Positions 9,899-20,427 of a stretch of DNA of 64,000 nucleotides are shown piece after piece; the first letter of the stretch is position 1; each line of letters begins with the position of its first letter. This stretch comes from Candidatus Poribacteria bacterium. GTDB lineage: Bacteria > Poribacteria > WGA-4E > WGA-3G. The stretch covers positions 416,001 through 480,000 of the forward strand of contig OZ219753.1 of NCBI GenBank assembly GCA_964291315.2. The letters are read 5' to 3'. Position numbers and translations under genes: made by a program. The notes beneath the pieces were generated by a model. That model made no database searches, was not told the DNA's origin, and saw only the letters and a list, made by a program, of their open reading frames with translations.

Positions 9899-12800
9899 AT
9901 GAACATTCTGCATGAATTAAACGACAAACAGAGAGAATCGGTAATACATAAAGAGGGAGCACTTCTTGTTATTGCAGGTCCCGGCACAGGAAAAACAAAA
10001 GTTATTACGCACCGTATTGCCTACTTAATTCGTGAACACGGTATCAAGCCCGAGAGCATTCTTGTGATTACCTTTACGAATAAAGCCGCTGAAGAGGTGC
10101 AGGAACGCATTAACAACACCATCGGTGAACCACACGGATCCAGAGTCAAATCTTGCACTTTCCATGCCTTTTGCGTCAAGGTGCTCCGAAAGCACGCCCT
10201 CCACATCGGACTGAGCGAAAATTTTACTATCTTCGATCAGGAGTTTCAAGACGAAATTCTAATAGAGAGTGTCCGTGAGTTAAACCTTGACGCTGGCGAC
10301 TACCCGCCGTGGTTCCTACGCAGCATTATCAGTGGCATCAAATGTAGACTACAAAACCTTGTCGATATAGCAGATACACTCGATATTTATGAGTCCGCCG
10401 CAACAATTGAAAACATCCAAGATATATTGAAAACTTATCAGGATAAACTAGACGAATACGATGCCCTCGATTTCGACGATCTGCTTGTGAAAACGGTCGA
10501 ACTACTCCAGCAAGTAGGAGAGGTTCGAGACGCTTACCGTAAGACGATCTCGTATATTTTGGTAGACGAATATCATGATGTGAATAATATACAGTATCGC
10601 TTGCTTCGCCTGCTCTGCCCGCCACCGGGAGGGAATCTCATGGTAGTTGCTGATGAAGATCAGGCGATCTATAGTTGGCGAGGGTCAAGTCCACAATATA
10701 TTGAGGATTTCAGAACCGACTTTAACCCCAAAACGCTCACATTGGATGATCACTACCGGTGTAGTGAAAAAATTTTGCGTGCCGCAGAGGAAGTCATCTC
10801 CAGAAACACAGAACGACAAAAACAGCACACCCTCAGAACACACAAAGATGTCGGGCGAGATATCTTTCACTATACCTTCGATACCCCTGTGGTAGAAGCA
10901 CGCAGTATCATCGGTCTTATCAAGAAGCTGGTAGAACAACGCAATTGTTCTTACCGGGATATAGCGATCTTTTATCGAAAACACAAACTTGCAGATATTT
11001 TGGGTGAACAACTCCTACGCGCAAACATCAAATTTCAACGTCTTCAACCAATGAACTCCTTTGGAGAAGGAAATAGTAAAGACATTCTTGCATATCTCCG
11101 TTTCATCCAGTGGCAACTTCCGCAAGACCTCGAACGAGCGATCAGTTTTCCAAATACCTGCATTGACGATCTAACATGGGTGCGCCTCAAGTGGCTTGCA
11201 CAAAGAGAAGGCATCGCGTTCATAGATCTCCTAAAACATATTGAGGCATATCCACAAGATGTTGGGCCTTTAACCCGCCGAAATGTCTGCCAATTCTGGA
11301 GACAACTTGAGGATTTATCAACTGAAACCGAAAAACAAGAAGCCGATAAAACAATCCTAAAACTCTTTGATACTTTGGAAAGAGCACGCTCTCCATATCG
11401 AGCTGAAGAGTTAGATATTCTCGAAAAACAACCTGATCCCTCGAATCTTGCAACAGCACAAGATGTTCTCTATAGTGCCCTTGCGCTTGATGAACCAATT
11501 CAGATTACTGCCTGCCATGGGATTGACGAATACGCTGCTGCACATATTATCTATCAAACACTCGAAACTTATTTGCATCATACTGCGCAACTCCAATTCC
11601 TACCCGCCGACGAAAACAGAGGGACACCGAAGGAAAACGGGGTTCATCTGCTCATCGGTGATTTCACGGACCTCGGAGAGACAGTACGAAATGCTAGAGC
11701 AATTCTTATCGGGACAGCCGATACGATTAATACGGATGTGGTTCAACTCGGATCGGAAGGGGTTCGAAGCATCGCAGCGCTTAAACTTTGCCAACGACTT
11801 ATCAACCGCTTTGAAAGCCCAAACATGGCAGATATGATTGTCTATGATCTGGAGACAACCGATATCGACCCGAAAAGGGCACAAGTTGTTGAGATCGCAG
11901 CACACCGCCTCAGCGCGATTGGCGGTGAAGTCGAACGGTTTTATCGGTTGGTAAAACCACCGGGCGGACACATTCCGCGATCTGCCACACACATCCACGG
12001 TATCGATACAGAAACAGTCAAAGATTCACCAGGGATCGAAACGGTTTTACCTGAATTTCTTGGGTTTGTCCAAGACCGAATTCTGATTGGACACAACGTA
12101 GAAGCTTACGATAATCTTATACTTGAACGAGACTTGAGAGATTATCTGAAAATAGATCTACCGTCACCACATTACGATACGCTTACTACATCGCGTCGGC
12201 TTTTTCCGAGACAACGGTGTAACCTGGAAGCACTTGCCCAAAAATTTAATATCAAACATGGGCATTTACATGGTGCCTTAGAGGATGTCAAAGTTAATCG
12301 AGAGATATTTAAAGAGCTTATTAAAATTGATGCTTACAAACGCGAAGTGAAGTCTCTACCCGAACTCTTACCACTCGTCTGCATCGGTATTTTCGCTAAA
12401 ACTGAGACACAATCAGAGGCAGAGACAGCGGAAACATCACAGCCAAAGAGTACAACCACAACAGAGACCTTAACCGAGCCTGAGGTGTTTCTTAATGCTG
12501 CGAAGCGTTTCGTCCAGACACACGAGGCTAAACTCCCCGAGCGCTTTCCGCTTGAAACAGAGGAGGCGGAACAAGCGACTGCCTACATGGCAAAATTACA
12601 AGACGGCCCTGCGCCAGAGTTTCCGGAAGACCTCACTTGGCAACAACACCGTATTCAGTTCATGAACGCCGTACTTCATTTTAAATCAATGAGCGGTATG
12701 AATAGACTCACTGATTTTTTGGACTATCAGAAGTTGCTCACAAATGCTGACCAACTTGACAACACGACCGAGCAGCTGACGTTAATGACACTGCACGCAG

Positions 12801-13060
12801 CGAAAGGCACAGAATTTCCCATCGTTATCATTATCGGTATGGAAGAAGGAACTTTCCCGATGTGGCGACGGCACATGACAGAGGCAGAGCTTGAGGAAGA
12901 ACGCAGGCTCTTCTATGTCGGTATGACCCGCGCACAAGCACAGCTTTATCTCAGCTCTGTCACGTATCGTTCTGGGGATAGGGATTGCGCACCGTCGATG
13001 TTTGTCAAGGAGATTCCATCTAATTACGTGGTTAAATGGAGTCCACGGGGTAGGAATTAA
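9899..13060 (+). CDS. UvrD/PcrA-family SF1 helicase with inserted degenerate RecJ/DHH-like region and DEDDh 3'-5' exonuclease domain
   Basis: Helicase motifs GPGTGKT, TFTNKAA, DEYHD, DEDQAIYSWRG, TLHAAKGTEF, EERRLFYVGMTRA. Exonuclease motifs YDLETT, GHNVEAYD, HGALED. Confidence 0.92.
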   Translation: MNILHELNDKQRESVIHKEGALLVIAGPGTGKTKVITHRIAYLIREHGIKPESILVITFTNKAAEEVQERINNTIGEPHGSRVKSCTFHAFCVKVLRKHALHIGLSENFTIFDQEFQDEILIESVRELNLDAGDYPPWFLRSIISGIKCRLQNLVDIADTLDIYESAATIENIQDILKTYQDKLDEYDALDFDDLLVKTVELLQQVGEVRDAYRKTISYILVDEYHDVNNIQYRLLRLLCPPPGGNLMVVADEDQAIYSWRGSSPQYIEDFRTDFNPKTLTLDDHYRCSEKILRAAEEVISRNTERQKQHTLRTHKDVGRDIFHYTFDTPVVEARSIIGLIKKLVEQRNCSYRDIAIFYRKHKLADILGEQLLRANIKFQRLQPMNSFGEGNSKDILAYLRFIQWQLPQDLERAISFPNTCIDDLTWVRLKWLAQREGIAFIDLLKHIEAYPQDVGPLTRRNVCQFWRQLEDLSTETEKQEADKTILKLFDTLERARSPYRAEELDILEKQPDPSNLATAQDVLYSALALDEPIQITACHGIDEYAAAHIIYQTLETYLHHTAQLQFLPADENRGTPKENGVHLLIGDFTDLGETVRNARAILIGTADTINTDVVQLGSEGVRSIAALKLCQRLINRFESPNMADMIVYDLETTDIDPKRAQVVEIAAHRLSAIGGEVERFYRLVKPPGGHIPRSATHIHGIDTETVKDSPGIETVLPEFLGFVQDRILIGHNVEAYDNLILERDLRDYLKIDLPSPHYDTLTTSRRLFPRQRCNLEALAQKFNIKHGHLHGALEDVKVNREIFKELIKIDAYKREVKSLPELLPLVCIGIFAKTETQSEAETAETSQPKSTTTTETLTEPEVFLNAAKRFVQTHEAKLPERFPLETEEAEQATAYMAKLQDGPAPEFPEDLTWQQHRIQFMNAVLHFKSMSGMNRLTDFLDYQKLLTNADQLDNTTEQLTLMTLHAAKGTEFPIVIIIGMEEGTFPMWRRHMTEAELEEERRLFYVGMTRAQAQLYLSSVTYRSGDRDCAPSMFVKEIPSNYVVKWSPRGRN

Positions 13061-13110
13061 AACGTCTAGAAGGTAAGTGTATTTATTTTCGAGGCTAGAA
13101 AGGAGAAAAG

Positions 13111-13527
13111 GTGCTTGAGATATCAGACCTCCCAACGCTCAACGCGACATTAAACACAATAAGTGGTGCTCTGCTGACGATAGGATATGTGCAAATTCGC
13201 CAACAGAGGATCAGAGCACATAAAAACTGTATGCTTGCTGCCTTTGGTGTGTCCGTGCTTTTCCTCGTTTCTTATGTTATTTATCACTATCACGCCGGCT
13301 CGAAGCCGTTTGCAGAGCACGGATGGATCCGTCCGCTTTACTTTACTATCCTCATCTCACACATTATCTTCGCGTTCCTGATAGTGCCGTTGGCTTTGCG
13401 GACCCTCTATCTCGCGTGGCGGAAGCAATTTGAAACACACCGGCGCATCGCGAGGATCACCTTACCAATCTGGTTGTACGTTTCGGTAACAGGAGTAGTT
13501 ATCTATCTGATGTTATATCGATTGTAG
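13111..13527 (+). CDS. DUF420-family membrane protein
   Basis: LPTLNATLN, H..CML.AF, ILISHI, HRRIARITLPIWLYVSVTGV. Confidence 0.92.
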   Translation: MLEISDLPTLNATLNTISGALLTIGYVQIRQQRIRAHKNCMLAAFGVSVLFLVSYVIYHYHAGSKPFAEHGWIRPLYFTILISHIIFAFLIVPLALRTLYLAWRKQFETHRRIARITLPIWLYVSVTGVVIYLMLYRL

Positions 13528-13745
13528 AGCAGGGATAAAGTAGGACATTTGGCGCACCCACCGAAACGTTCTTATATGTCCCGAGTGGAACAAATCCGAT
13601 ATGCCTGCGTAGATACCTTGCTTCATTGTCCTATCACGTTTATATTACAGTTTCGGTATTATCTGTATGTGCAGCAAACGGTTTTATAAGAAAGGGTATG
13701 CGCAGAAGAGAACGAGGAATCTCCAGCACGTACCGATTCGTGAAT

Positions 13746-14642
13746 TTATGGATCAAATGGGCGGTAACCGCGCAACATCAAGCCTCGATCACTATTAGAT
13801 TTTTTTGCTTTTTCGACTGCTGCAGCATGCTTCTCCGACTCCGCACGATTTGCCGTAGTCGTTCCGCCGACAACAACATAGTCATCCGTTCGACGATAAC
13901 GGTTGATGAAAACTGGGCGCGGTTTGTCGGACATATTCTGTTTAGAACCGTGCACAGTTTTGACATTAAAGAAGATTGAATCGCCTGCCTTGCCAGAAAT
14001 AGGGAGAGCATTTTCCCACGGCCACTCAGCCGCCTCCAGGCCGAGGTGTGAGAACGTATCAATATGCTTGAGCTGCCCGAGTCGGTGGGATCCCGGCACA
14101 ACATGTAATGCACCATTCACCACGTCTGTGTCCACAACATAGTTCAAGATGCCGATGGGTCCCTGATAACGGTGTTCGAAATATGCTGAATCCTGATGTA
14201 GATGCTTCGGATGTCCACCGATTGGTTCCTTATAAAGACACTGTCCGTTACCATAGATCTCTACATTGGGTCCCAAGATTTCCTCGACAATATCAGCTGC
14301 GGTCTCATCACAAGCGGATTGGAAGAACGCCGCACTTGTCTGATAATTCACCGCCAACACCATAATCTGTTTGTCACGTGTATAGCTTGATGGTGCCGGG
14401 ATGAAGAGCGTACCATTCGGTGTGCGCCATCCCTCAACGATCCGTTCTGCTTTGTCAAGAAGCGATAAAGATTCTGCAGCGGCAGCCTCAATATCCCGAT
14501 GAATTGTCTTAATGTAGCGCGCCATTAGACCGCGAACAACAAGGCACCCGTATTCCTCAAATATGTTCGCAGCTTTTTGGACATCTAATGCGTCCAAGGA
14601 CATTTCAACATCTTCAACTGTTACCGTGGTTTCCTGCATCAC
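13746..14642 (-). CDS. Phytanoyl-CoA dioxygenase (PhyH) family Fe/2OG dioxygenase
   Basis: HQD, NGALHVVPGSH, AGD...HGS..N.S..PR. Confidence 0.92.
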   Translation of the reverse strand: MMQETTVTVEDVEMSLDALDVQKAANIFEEYGCLVVRGLMARYIKTIHRDIEAAAAESLSLLDKAERIVEGWRTPNGTLFIPAPSSYTRDKQIMVLAVNYQTSAAFFQSACDETAADIVEEILGPNVEIYGNGQCLYKEPIGGHPKHLHQDSAYFEHRYQGPIGILNYVVDTDVVNGALHVVPGSHRLGQLKHIDTFSHLGLEAAEWPWENALPISGKAGDSIFFNVKTVHGSKQNMSDKPRPVFINRYRRTDDYVVVGGTTTANRAESEKHAAAVEKAKKSNSDRGLMLRGYRPFDP

Positions 14643-14700
14643 AAAATATTCTCCCTATTTTATTATAAACAGTACAGCACTTGATACTCAAATTCTGCAA

Positions 14701-15054
14701 TTACTTTTTTTCGCCCCATGGAGGTCGTCTGCCGGTCAATTCTTCCAGATAACGCGCTGTTCGACTTACCTCTTCCTTGAGGCTTCTACGCGATTTCCGT
14801 TTTGCCGTATCTTCAACCGTATATCTCACCCGGTAAGTCCCTTTCTCAATTTGCAACAAGGTAAATTCGCCAGGCACATTTCTGTTCACGTACTGAATCA
14901 TATCATATAAGAGCCAATAAACATCTGTCGAAGAATAGCGCAGTTCGTTGTGTTTATTAGACTGCTCACTGACAAGGTCAAGCGTTTTCTTCACCGCATC
15001 AACGACTTCGGAGATCGTATAAGATTTGTCGCCCACCACACGAACGTTATTCAT
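14701..15054 (-). CDS. Hypothetical protein
   Basis: 117-aa ORF whose start overlaps the XdhC stop by 4 bp (translational coupling). Confidence 0.7.
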   Translation of the reverse strand: MNNVRVVGDKSYTISEVVDAVKKTLDLVSEQSNKHNELRYSSTDVYWLLYDMIQYVNRNVPGEFTLLQIEKGTYRVRYTVEDTAKRKSRRSLKEEVSRTARYLEELTGRRPPWGEKK

Positions 15055-16175
15055 TTTCTTGCTCCTGCCACTTTAACTGTAGGCATCTGTTCAGGTTCTG
15101 CGTCAAACAGTTCAACACTTTCAGGGGCATTACGGATCTGGATTAGCTGTGATGCAATGCTTACAGCGATTTCGGGTACAGTTTTCGAGTTAATGTTTAA
15201 CCCAACAGGGGCGTACACACGCTGGAGCCTCTCTTTAGATATGCCGAGTTCCAGCAAATCGTCGAATATCAGTTTAATTTTACGGCGACTACCTATAAGA
15301 CCGATATAACGTGCTTCTGATTCAACAACGCTGTGTAATGCGGATTCATCATGTTGGTGTCCACGCGTGACAATGACGACGTAGGTAAGTGAGGTAATCG
15401 GATAATTTCGGAGTTCCGTTGCAATATCGCCAATAATAATTTTATCTGCTTCCGGTAGCCGATCTGCGGAGGCAAAATCCACACGGTCATCAACAACAAC
15501 AATATCAAAATCCAACCAACTCCCGAGGTGGCAGAGTGCCTGACCGACATGTCCTGCACCTGCAATAAGCAGTGTTGGACGCGGTTGCAACGGTTCTAAG
15601 AAGATCGTAGCCGCCTCATTTTTTCGAAATAAAACTGCCCTATTGTTTTTAAGCACAGTAGCAGTCTTCTCTTGTATTAAGGTTTCCAAAGCCGAATCTC
15701 CGAAATTCCCCACACGCTCACCACTGTTGGCAAAGATCATCTTCATACCAACCTTTACACCTTGCTGCTCACTGGCTACAACAGTCGCACAAACAAGCGG
15801 GACTTTTTCTTTACTCAGAGATTGGAGACGCTCGAACATTTCAGCTTCAGCACGCGTCTTTGGCAAATCAATGAATATTTTCATTGTCCCTCCGCAGATA
15901 AGTCCGTCATCCCAACCGTAATCACTGTCCAGCTGAAACTCAAGCAGCCGCGGCATTCCGCCTTGCATCAGACCAATGGCTTGTCGGCGCGCCTCTGCCT
16001 CAACGCAACCGCCACCAAGGGTTCCAACGTTGCTCAGGTCCGGGAGAATTAATAGTTTTGAGCCGGACTTTTGTGGTGTCGACCCCTTTGTTTCCACTAC
16101 AGTACAGTAGGCACCGATTTGAGAGGCATTAATCAATTCTGGAATTCTTCGGTATATTTGTCTCATTTGTCTCAT
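15051..16175 (-). CDS. XdhC/CoxI-family molybdoenzyme accessory protein
   Basis: GSTPQK.G, GTLGGGCVE, ICGG, GAGHVG, TRGHQHD, YIGLIGS, PEIAVSI. Confidence 0.93.
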   Translation of the reverse strand: MRQMRQIYRRIPELINASQIGAYCTVVETKGSTPQKSGSKLLILPDLSNVGTLGGGCVEAEARRQAIGLMQGGMPRLLEFQLDSDYGWDDGLICGGTMKIFIDLPKTRAEAEMFERLQSLSKEKVPLVCATVVASEQQGVKVGMKMIFANSGERVGNFGDSALETLIQEKTATVLKNNRAVLFRKNEAATIFLEPLQPRPTLLIAGAGHVGQALCHLGSWLDFDIVVVDDRVDFASADRLPEADKIIIGDIATELRNYPITSLTYVVIVTRGHQHDESALHSVVESEARYIGLIGSRRKIKLIFDDLLELGISKERLQRVYAPVGLNINSKTVPEIAVSIASQLIQIRNAPESVELFDAEPEQMPTVKVAGARK

Positions 16176-16198
16176 TTGTCGGTTTGGGGTCCGAAACC

Positions 16199-17110
16199 CT
16201 ATGAGGATTGATCTGCAACGCTCTCGGAAACTAATTTTTTAAACTGCAGACGTTGTTTTTCCGTCAACGTGAGCGGAATAATATCAGTAACACCGACAGA
16301 TCCGATTTTCGCTGGAACATTCAGATAAATCGATGCCGATCCTGCCGATACACGGGCTCCAACGCTCATCACTCTATTACTATCAAGCGCGATAGCTGAA
16401 ACTATCTGTAGAATATGGCTTATTAACGTATATCCACTGCCTGTCGTATACGGACAACGTTGCAGAACTGCCTCGCGGAGCCTTTCGATGTCAACATCAG
16501 ACATTAACTGGACAAGCGGAATCCCATTGACCCGGCAGTATTGTAGGAGCGGGTACGTCTCCTGATCACTCCCTATAGTCAAGGCCATTATGTCTTGCAC
16601 TGAAACTTTGATACTACTTGCAATTTCAGCTGTCAAGTGTGCAGTGGCAGCTCCGTTTCCAAGACCAATAATTTCTCTAGCACCAAGCGCTCGGTATATC
16701 CATGCAGCAATGTAATTCACAGGTGAGGCTGCTACCAATATCTTGGCATCCGAGGCACACTCCTGAATCCCCGACACAAAGCTTCGGGCAAATGCGATAC
16801 CTGTTGTTTTAGAGGCTTGAACAGAACGGAAACCGGATTGTCCCGTTGACGGTAGTAAAACAACAATGTCTGCCCCGGAGAATCCATCGAATGAATTGTA
16901 AGCGACAATTTCGGTATCACTAGCACTTAATGCGTTTGCCTCCACAAGATCGCGGAGACTCACCGGCGAAACTCCTTTTGGAGAAACAAACCGGTTTTTG
17001 TTAGATACTGTGTCAGATACAAATGCAACTTCACGCGCCATCTCTAATTGGCACAAGCCCCAGGCAACCGGGACAGCAAATTGATTGTTGCCGAATAAAG
17101 CTATTTTCAT
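16199..17110 (-). CDS. Lactate/malate dehydrogenase-fold protein, catalytically degenerate
   Basis: LDH/MDH layout (GADIVV, SPVN, VNGIPL, NVPAKIG..GV..IIPL.L...Q) but no GxGxxG, LDxxR or GxHG motif. Confidence 0.75.
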   Translation of the reverse strand: MKIALFGNNQFAVPVAWGLCQLEMAREVAFVSDTVSNKNRFVSPKGVSPVSLRDLVEANALSASDTEIVAYNSFDGFSGADIVVLLPSTGQSGFRSVQASKTTGIAFARSFVSGIQECASDAKILVAASPVNYIAAWIYRALGAREIIGLGNGAATAHLTAEIASSIKVSVQDIMALTIGSDQETYPLLQYCRVNGIPLVQLMSDVDIERLREAVLQRCPYTTGSGYTLISHILQIVSAIALDSNRVMSVGARVSAGSASIYLNVPAKIGSVGVTDIIPLTLTEKQRLQFKKLVSESVADQSS

Positions 17111-17163
17111 CTATCACCTTAAAGCGGACTTACAGAAATCCAGCGGACGTTAAAAATCCCCAA

Positions 17164-19968
17164 TTATACCAAAAGTGTCTCAACAATTGCTTGAAATTGT
17201 TCCTCGAGATGTCGACGATAGTCATCGAGATCTGAATTTGCAGCGAGTTTCGTGGATATGAGTTCATCGTAACGCTCAACGTATTCCATCAAAGTTTCAA
17301 CCTCTTTTTCATAGCAGATTGCCGATGCAAGAACCTTCTCTTTGAGCAACAATGGGAGCTCAGCTGTTGTAAGCTGTGTCAATTCCCATCGCCATACTTT
17401 TTCAGAAATATAAGAGACGAACTGATTAAGCAAATCGCCTTTATAGCCTGCACTTTGCAGCGCCTTTACCTCTTGAATAAGTCCCAATACATGATTGAAG
17501 AGTTCATCGGGAAACTCTTGCCGCAATTCCATTAAAAGCTTACCTGTTGTAGAGATAGGGAGCTGATTTCGCAGGAGAAACATCCGCAAATTCGGATAAT
17601 CTTGGATCTCCTTGCTTTCGCTAAGCCATGTTTCACCTATAGCGGGCAAATCATCTACATCGAAGCTCAGGACCTGCTGCCTCCGAATCTGCTCTAGATT
17701 GGATGCCAACGGATCAAGACCAGCTGTCACTAATGTACCGATAACCTCTTCTGGTCTGTAAGGTATCAGGAACTCCATAAGTTTTTTGACTTTCTCTCTT
17801 TCTGCCTCAATAGTTTCAATGTCCCTTGCGCCACTGTTTTGCGACTGCTGTTGGTTTTGCTTCTTCCGCTTTGGTGGCGTATTCGCTAACCGGTCTATTC
17901 GTTTTTCCAACGTGTCATGATACCCTAACAATTCCTCGTAAAAAATCGCAAGAAGCGTATCTCCATGTATAGCGAGCATCGCTGGTGTCGTGATACGCGT
18001 CAATTCGTGCCCCGTTTTCGAGATAATTGCCCGATTCACGTTGCGTTCTATCGACTTTCGATCCTTTGTGGCTTGGATAATCAATGTACTACCCAATAGG
18101 AGATTAATTAACCTTTTTGTCTGATCCGGTACGCTGAGATTGATATCACAAGTCGGTTGAATATCAGTGAGGAGCCGCTCACGCAGCTTGCCATCTAGCA
18201 GTAACACCCACAAGGTCGCGTAATGTCGTTGTTCGTCTACTTTTGGCGGTACATTTCCCAACCACTGCTTTATTGTTGGCAGCTGCAGCTTCATGTGATT
18301 AAGAAGTTTTTCAAAATCATCATCCGGGATATCAAAACCGGCAAAATTGGCAGGACCGCTATGAGGTTGCGTCTGGTGATTTCGGCGTTGCGTCTGTCTG
18401 TCTGTTTTTGCAGCTAATAGGAGATCCGTCAGCGGTTGGATAACATCTTCAAAATTTTGTCCGCCTTGGCTTGCAAAATTCGCAAGCTCCAGCAATTCTA
18501 ACCAAATGGTGCTAAGTCGTTCAATTTGCGGAGCATGTAAAGTTGAACGGAGAGCGATGCCAGCCATCTTTTCACGCACCGTTCCGCACGTCCATTTTGG
18601 CAAATAAACCTCTGCTAAAACCTCGTTATTTTCATAAGCTAGGAGATCAACCGGCTTAACAAGTCCCGTCTGAATAAAATTTTGCTCAAACACTAAATCA
18701 TGAAATAGACCCGTAGCTCGGTCCAAAACCTGATTCGCAAATTTATAACAGGATTGAATGAGATGATTCAACGTTAGCTGCGGGTTGTCTTGTAATTGCC
18801 AAAATTCTATCATCGGTTCAACGGCTTGTACGAGAGCATCTTTCTTCGAGCCCGCAATGTCCTCCTCAAAATATTCAGTAAGACATGTTGCATAGAATTC
18901 GGCAAAATCTAGTATCGTATTCCGCAGCTCTCCAATTACTAGATCGTCCCATACCTTATTGTGGACCCGTTGTCCGGGGCCAAGAACAAGCGCTCTCAAT
19001 CGGGTCTCCACACCTTGTTGGAACTGTGCCATCAATTGATATGCATGCTGATTGGCTTTCACAGCATACATTTCGATTTTCTTAGAACTTTCGGTGATTG
19101 CATCTTCGATTTTTTCTGCGGGGGCTTCAAACGCGATTGGAACTAACTGAAGTGTGTCGGGTTCAAGCGGATTGTAGACCGCCGCTGTGGCGATTACTTG
19201 AATAGGGACGGGTTCCTCTAGCGTATCTCTTGCCTCGCTGTCTTCGTCAGTAAAGACCTTCGAGAGGCGCGCGTGAAGTGCCAAACTGTGCCCTAAATCA
19301 GTCAAATCAGGATATTGTTTAATATGTGTGCGGAGGACCACAAGAAGTACGTTATAGTCATTCTTCAGTAGTTGCTCAAAAAGGACATCCTCATTGAGAT
19401 GGACGCGCTGAATATGGGTCTGCTCTGGAATGATAACAGTAGCCGCGGGGACCTCTTCCGTGTTATCATTATTAATCTGCGCGAGTACATAACCACCGGT
19501 CTTAATAGTACTCGGTATTGCCAAGTGCACCTTCAAAACTTCCTGAGTAAGCTCGGAAAGTGTTAAGGATTTCCCTAAATTTTGAACAGTGATGTCAGCA
19601 ACAACACCGTCAGCAAAATCTGTGATTTGGCGAGCATTTCGTTCCAGTTCTTGTATACTTCTGTGTACACGGTCATGATCATCACACGCATCCTCCGAAG
19701 TTTTCGCCTCGTCTATCCAAGAGACCCATGCCCCAGGACGCGGTCGCATTTTCACTGTGAGTTCGCCATCTTCTGAGTCGAAACCCGGTAGAATGTTACC
19801 TTCTGAAGTCTCCTTCGGGGTCCAAACAATGAGGTGTTTATCTGCCTTTAAACCAAGCCCCAAACCAAAGGTGTCTCCCCAACTCATCCGCCCCTCAATA
19901 CTAGATTTGATTTTATCAGTTAACGCAAAAAGCGCGCTTGAACGAAAATTAAGCGATAATCCTTCCAT
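17164..19968 (-). CDS. Large hypothetical protein (934 aa, mostly helical)
   Basis: Long uninterrupted ORF with no motif recognised. Confidence 0.8.
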   Translation of the reverse strand: MEGLSLNFRSSALFALTDKIKSSIEGRMSWGDTFGLGLGLKADKHLIVWTPKETSEGNILPGFDSEDGELTVKMRPRPGAWVSWIDEAKTSEDACDDHDRVHRSIQELERNARQITDFADGVVADITVQNLGKSLTLSELTQEVLKVHLAIPSTIKTGGYVLAQINNDNTEEVPAATVIIPEQTHIQRVHLNEDVLFEQLLKNDYNVLLVVLRTHIKQYPDLTDLGHSLALHARLSKVFTDEDSEARDTLEEPVPIQVIATAAVYNPLEPDTLQLVPIAFEAPAEKIEDAITESSKKIEMYAVKANQHAYQLMAQFQQGVETRLRALVLGPGQRVHNKVWDDLVIGELRNTILDFAEFYATCLTEYFEEDIAGSKKDALVQAVEPMIEFWQLQDNPQLTLNHLIQSCYKFANQVLDRATGLFHDLVFEQNFIQTGLVKPVDLLAYENNEVLAEVYLPKWTCGTVREKMAGIALRSTLHAPQIERLSTIWLELLELANFASQGGQNFEDVIQPLTDLLLAAKTDRQTQRRNHQTQPHSGPANFAGFDIPDDDFEKLLNHMKLQLPTIKQWLGNVPPKVDEQRHYATLWVLLLDGKLRERLLTDIQPTCDINLSVPDQTKRLINLLLGSTLIIQATKDRKSIERNVNRAIISKTGHELTRITTPAMLAIHGDTLLAIFYEELLGYHDTLEKRIDRLANTPPKRKKQNQQQSQNSGARDIETIEAEREKVKKLMEFLIPYRPEEVIGTLVTAGLDPLASNLEQIRRQQVLSFDVDDLPAIGETWLSESKEIQDYPNLRMFLLRNQLPISTTGKLLMELRQEFPDELFNHVLGLIQEVKALQSAGYKGDLLNQFVSYISEKVWRWELTQLTTAELPLLLKEKVLASAICYEKEVETLMEYVERYDELISTKLAANSDLDDYRRHLEEQFQAIVETLLV

Positions 19969-20427
19969 TAGGTCGATTTAATCATCTGCCTTTCAAATAA
20001 AATTAGGCAATAAGTTTGTGAATAACTGGAACATATACAAAGAATGCATTCATTCTAAAACCATTACGTCCAGTCAAGTAATTAATATCCTCTATCAACG
20101 AGATCGAGTCAGATTCCGATGTGAGTCGTGCCAATATTGCTTCCCTTTCACAAAAACTAACTTAAACCTTTAGAGTCGGTACACCATGGATCTGCCATGG
20201 ATCGCACTATTGGGAACGTCTCTCCAAATACTTTCGATAGATATTATCCCGTCGACAACGTCGCGAGGATAGTTTCTATTCATATATGTTAACACATATC
20301 GAAGGGGAAAAGCAAGTAAAATGCCATGGTGTCTGCCTATAGCTGCCATTGTCCGAGTAGCAGTTTTGGCAGGGAAATATGATAAGATCGATAAAACTAA
20401 ACGGCAGCATATAGGGAGCCGCGAAGA

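Noticed and set aside
16156-16180. 9-bp tandem repeat at the xdhC start (MRQMRQ)
   Set aside because: In-frame, under three copies; it only makes the start codon ambiguous.
20115-20135. Possible sigma54 promoter (TGGCACG on the minus strand)
   Set aside because: The -12 TTGC element is absent.
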